From: the human T2T-CHM13v2.0 reference genome, Homo sapiens
DNA length: 64,000 bases
Assembly (NCBI RefSeq): GCF_009914755.1
Contig: NC_060925.1
Direction: 5' to 3' (one strand)
A model generated the notes under the pieces. It did no database searches. It was not told the origin of the DNA and saw only the letters and a program-made list of their open reading frames with translations. Numbering within the stretch: position 1 is the first letter of the stretch; the number at the start of each line of letters is the position of its first letter. A program made the translations under genes and the position numbers. Shown here one piece after another: positions 59,206 to 64,000 of this stretch.

Positions 59206-59987
59206 GAACCAATGCTTTTAATCACATGTCAAACTGCCTATGTCCCAGTCCTTTCCAGAGAGCCCTCTGGAACCCTTTTTCTATTGTAAACAAATTTATT
59301 TAAACCTACAGGTTTTCCATGGAATAGAAGTTTATTCCTCAGTACCTTGCATCTACTAGTTGGGCAGTTATGGTGAGCATATCTTTTTGACTTAATTCTA
59401 GAGTAATTATATAATTGGAGATAAAGCTGGGAACCATTCTTTACTTAAAAAGTCTCAAGTGGGACTCTCCTTGGAGTGTTCTCTAAAAACAAAACAAAAA
59501 AAATCGTTTTCTTAAAGGCATTTAGTTAGCAGAGCACAGCTGACTGAAAATTTCTTAAATACAATTCAGGATAGTTTGTATAAATAACCAAAAGGTAAAT
59601 AACCAATGTAGTCCTCATGAGACATTAAAATTTTTTTTCAACTGAATCTCTCACTGCACTGTTAATTGGAAGTCTTCTTTCTTGACCATTCTCTAGAACA
59701 GAATACAACTGCGGTCACTCCTCTCTTCTGGATGTTTTTTTCTGGACCATCCAATTCATTTCCACCCCCTTGTTATGCAGAGAAACTTTCCTCTTTCATG
59801 GAAAAGTCATTCTGACATCGAGGCACCACGACTTTTGACCTAGAGTAAGCATATCAAACTATTTTTCTCAACTCAATAATTTACAGAAAAATATTAAGAA
59901 GGTGAAAATTTTCCATTCATCATTACCTACATGTAAGAAAAAAAGAAAAGAAGAAAAATCTACCAGAATCCTAGCATTTACAGATAA

Positions 59988-60325
<338 letters not shown>

Positions 60326-60343
60326 TGTTAGCATTTTTTGAAT

Positions 60344-60643
60344 ACTGTTGGCTTTCTATATCCACAGATTCAAACAATCAAGGATTCAACCAGCCATGAA
60401 TCAAAAATGTTGAATCAACAAAACAATAATAAAAAATAAAGTAGAAATAATAACAATAACTATTTACATTACAGTATAATAGGTATTATAAGTAATCTAG
60501 AGATTATTTAAAGTATACAGGAAGATGTGCATAGGCTATATACAAATACTATGCCATTTGACATAAGGGACTTGAGCATTCATGTATTTTGATATCCAGA
60601 GGCGCCCTGGAACCAATCTCCCATGGATACCAAGGGGTGATTG
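60344..60643 (+). mobile_element. MER2 (Tigger2-derived MITE)
   Basis: GGATTCAACCA...GTATTATAAGTAATCTAGAGAT...GGATACCAAGGG. Confidence 0.75.
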
Positions 60644-60674
60644 TATATCCTGTTTAAAAGTATATGGGTGAGTT

Positions 60675-62962
60675 TCCTCCTAGTCAACATAGTGTTGGAA
60701 GTCCTGGCCAGAACAATCAGGCAAGAGAAAGATAAAAGGCATTCAAATAGGAAGAGGGGAAGTCACATTATCCCTGTTTGCAGATGACATGATTCTATAT
60801 CTAGAAAACTCCATAGTCTGCCCAGAAGCTCCCTGATCTGATACACAACTTCAACGAAGTTTCAGGATACAAATAAATATACAAAAGTCAGTAGCATTGC
60901 TATACACTAACAGCACCCAAGCTGAGAGCCGAATCAGGAATATAATCTCATTCCCAATTCCCACAAAAAAGGTTAAAATAGCTAGGAATACAGCTAACCA
61001 AGGTCAAAGAGCTCTACAATGAAAATTACAGAACACTGCTGAAAGAAATCAGAGATGACACAGACAAGTGGAAGAGCACTCCATGCTCTTAGATAGGAAG
61101 AATCAATATGGTTAAAATGGCCATACTGCCTAAAGCAATTTACAGATTCAATGCTATTTCTATCAAACTACCAATTACATTCTTCACAGAACTAGAAAAT
61201 ACTATTCTACCATTCATATGAAACCAAAAAAGAGCCCAAATAGCCAAGGCAATCCTAAGCAAAAAGAACAAAGCTGGAAGAATCACATTGCCTGACTTCA
61301 AACTGTACTATAAGGCTACAGTAACCAAAACAGCATAGTACTGGTATAAAAACAGACACATGGACCAATGGAACAGAATAGAGAGCCCAGAAATGAAGCC
61401 ACACACCCAGGAGGAGGGAGAGGTTCAGAAGAGAAAGATAAAAAGGAAAACAAATGAACAAACAAAAAAACCAAACCTGTTGAGTAGTATGCTTAGTACC
61501 TGGGTGACAAAATAATCTGTACACCACACCCCCAAGTCACAAGTTTACCTATATAACAAACCTACAGATATGCCCCCGAACCTAAAATAAAAGTTAAAAT
61601 ATATTTTAAAACATATATAAAATGGATATATGTGTCAGTTTTAACCAACTGATGTTTGACAAGGCTGATTAAACAAGCAATGGAGAAAGGACTCCCTGTT
61701 CAATAAATGGTTCTGGGATAATTGGCTAGCTGTATGCAGAAGACTGAAACTGGACCCCTTCCTTATACCATATGCAAAAATCAACCCAAAATGAATTAAA
61801 GACCTAAATGGAGAACCTAAAACTGTAAAGCCCATGGAAGATAACCTAGGAAATACCATTTTGGACATAAGAACGGGCAAAAATTTCATAACGAAAATGG
61901 CACAAGCAATTTCAACAATAGCAAAAGTTGACAGATGGGACCTGTTTAAAGAGCTTTTGCATAGCAAAAGAAACTATCAACAGAATAAACAAACAACCTA
62001 CAAAAATATTTGCAAACTATGCATCTGACTAATGTATAGTTAGTCTGGGTCTAATATCCAGAATCTACAGGGAACTTAAACAAATGTACAAACAAAAAGC
62101 AAACAGCCCTATTAAAATGTGCACAATGGACATGAGCAGACACTTTTCAAAAGAAGACATACATGCGGCCAACAAACATGAAAAAAATGCTCAATATGAC
62201 TAATCATTAGAGAAATGCAAATCAAAACCACAAGATACCATCTCACACCAGTCAGAATGGCTATTATTAAAGAGTAAAAAAATAACATGCTGACAAGCTT
62301 GCAGAGAAAAGGGAGCACTTACACAGCTGGTGGAGTGTAAATTAGTTCAACCATTGTGGAAAGCAGTGTGGAAATTCCTCAAAGATCTAAAAACAGACCT
62401 ACCATTGGACCCAGCAATCCCACCAGGTATATATCCTGAGGAATAGAAATCATTCTACCATAAAGACACATTCACTTGTTTATTCATTGCAGCACTATTC
62501 ACAATAGCACAGACATGGAGTCAACCTAAATGTCCATCAATGGTAGACTGGATAAAGAAAATGTACATATACACCATGGAATACTATGCAGTCATGAAAA
62601 AGAGTGAGATCCTGTCCTTTGCGGGAACATGGGTGGAACTGGAGGCCATTAACTCTAGTAAACTAACAAAGGAGCAGAAAACCAACTATCACATGTTCTC
62701 ACTTATAAGTGGGAGCTAAATAATGAAAACACATGGACAGAAAGATGGGAACAATAGACACTACTAGGATATACTTGAGGGTGGAAGGCGGGAGGAGGGA
62801 CAGGTTCAGAAGAAAAAGAAGAAAAGAAAAAGAAAAACTATTGGGTATACCTGGGTGATGAAAAAATCTGTATGCCAAACCCCTGAGTCACAAGTTTCCC
62901 TATATAACCAACTTGCACATGTACCCCTGAACCTAAAATAAAAATTAAAATACTAAAAAAAA
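60675..62962 (+). mobile_element. 5'-truncated L1PA15/16-like element with an internal extra 3'-end copy
   Basis: ORF2 RT (CTGTTTGCAGATGACATG, FADD) through the 3'UTR and A-tail. Confidence 0.85.
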
Positions 62963-62984
62963 GTGAGTTTTAACAAATTGAGAT

Positions 62985-63220
62985 TATAATAATAATATAG
63001 TGCTTATTATATACCAGACACCATTATAAGTGCTTTAATCTGTTTATTTAATCCACCCGAAGACCCTCCAATAAGGAGTGTACTTTTATTAACCTCATTT
63101 GCAGATGAGAAACTGATGCCCATAGTTGTTAAGTAATGTGCCCAAGATCACATAACTGGGATTCACATTCAGATAGTCTTGATTTAAGAACCTGCCCTAG
63201 TAACCATTATTCTAACCTGC
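62985..63220 (-). mobile_element. MIR
   Basis: CATTTGCAGATGAGAAACTGA...GCCCAAGATCACATA. Confidence 0.7.
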
Positions 63221-63399
63221 TATCCATATTATATATTCTGACAAAATTTGCTTTTTTCATTTTTGAATTTTTCTTTGCATTTGGATAATCTTCTGTAAGG
63301 AATTTGTCGTACAGTCAGTATGTTAAATGTATTAAAAAATAAGTGTATGGAACTAATTTTTTATTTCCCCAATTCAAGGGTAACCATTCTCTCTACTTT

Positions 63400-64000
63400 G
63401 ACAGGATTGATTACATTTGCCTCTTTTATAAATGTAATCACACAACATGTACTCAATAAGTACTCTTTTGTCCCTGGTTTCTTTTTGCCTGACAATTTGT
63501 TTGTGGGATTCATTCCTCTTGTTAGGTATAGTTGGAAATTGTTCATTTTCTTTGCTGTATAATGTTCCATTGTGTGAATATGTCACAGTTTAAATGTTCT
63601 ACTATTGATGGGATGTGATGTTTCCTTTTTGGGCCTACTGTAAATAATGCTACTATAAACATTCCAGTACACACATTTTGGCGAACATATGTATGCATTT
63701 CTATTGAGTATATATATCTAGGAGTAGGCATTCAGCTTTAGTAGATACTGTCAAATATTTTTCTAAAATGGTTGTATGAATTTGCACTACTAGCATTGCA
63801 TGAGGGTTCTCATTATTTCACATTCTCATCAACTTTTGGTTTTTCCTTTCACTTTTGCTTTAGCCATTCTGATGAATGTTAGAGTAGCATTTTTATGACT
63901 ATATAGTGTTCTATTATATGCATATGTACTGTCTTTTATAGACGGGAGTCCCTATTGTTGTGCATTTAGATTGTTTCCAATCTTTCTTTGAAAAAATACA
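63400..64000 (-). mobile_element. Old L1ME-like fragments
   Basis: Antisense ORF2 C-terminal remnants (GMFIVALFTV, 63543-63731). Confidence 0.6.

Overview
This is human genomic DNA, recognised as the PRKACB (PKA catalytic subunit beta) locus from its first coding exon, MGNAATAKKGSEVES (32781-32826, +), inside a CpG-island promoter. The first ~32 kb is upstream sequence and the rest is intron 1. Most of the window is interspersed repeat; subfamily names are from recognition, not a RepeatMasker run. Main results: (1) An intact full-length L1HS-Ta1d (minus strand; ORF1, ORF2 and ORF0 all open) is the core of one larger insertion bounded by a 14-bp TSD. The insertion comprises an extra 5' G, a 539-nt doubly spliced HERV-H/LTR7 5' transduction, the L1, a ~75-nt 3' transduction and a second poly(A). 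(2) A much older LTR-RNA/L1 chimera (MER4-group ERV RNA starting near its TSS, fused to an L1PB 3' end) has its own 14-bp TSD. (3) The L1 antisense promoter and ORF0 point at PRKACB, and an ORF0 splice donor is in the same phase as PRKACB exon 1. (4) A TXN2 processed pseudogene has a frameshift that creates a presequence-less WCGPC thioredoxin ORF. (5) Several local inverted and direct duplications are not explained by transposons.
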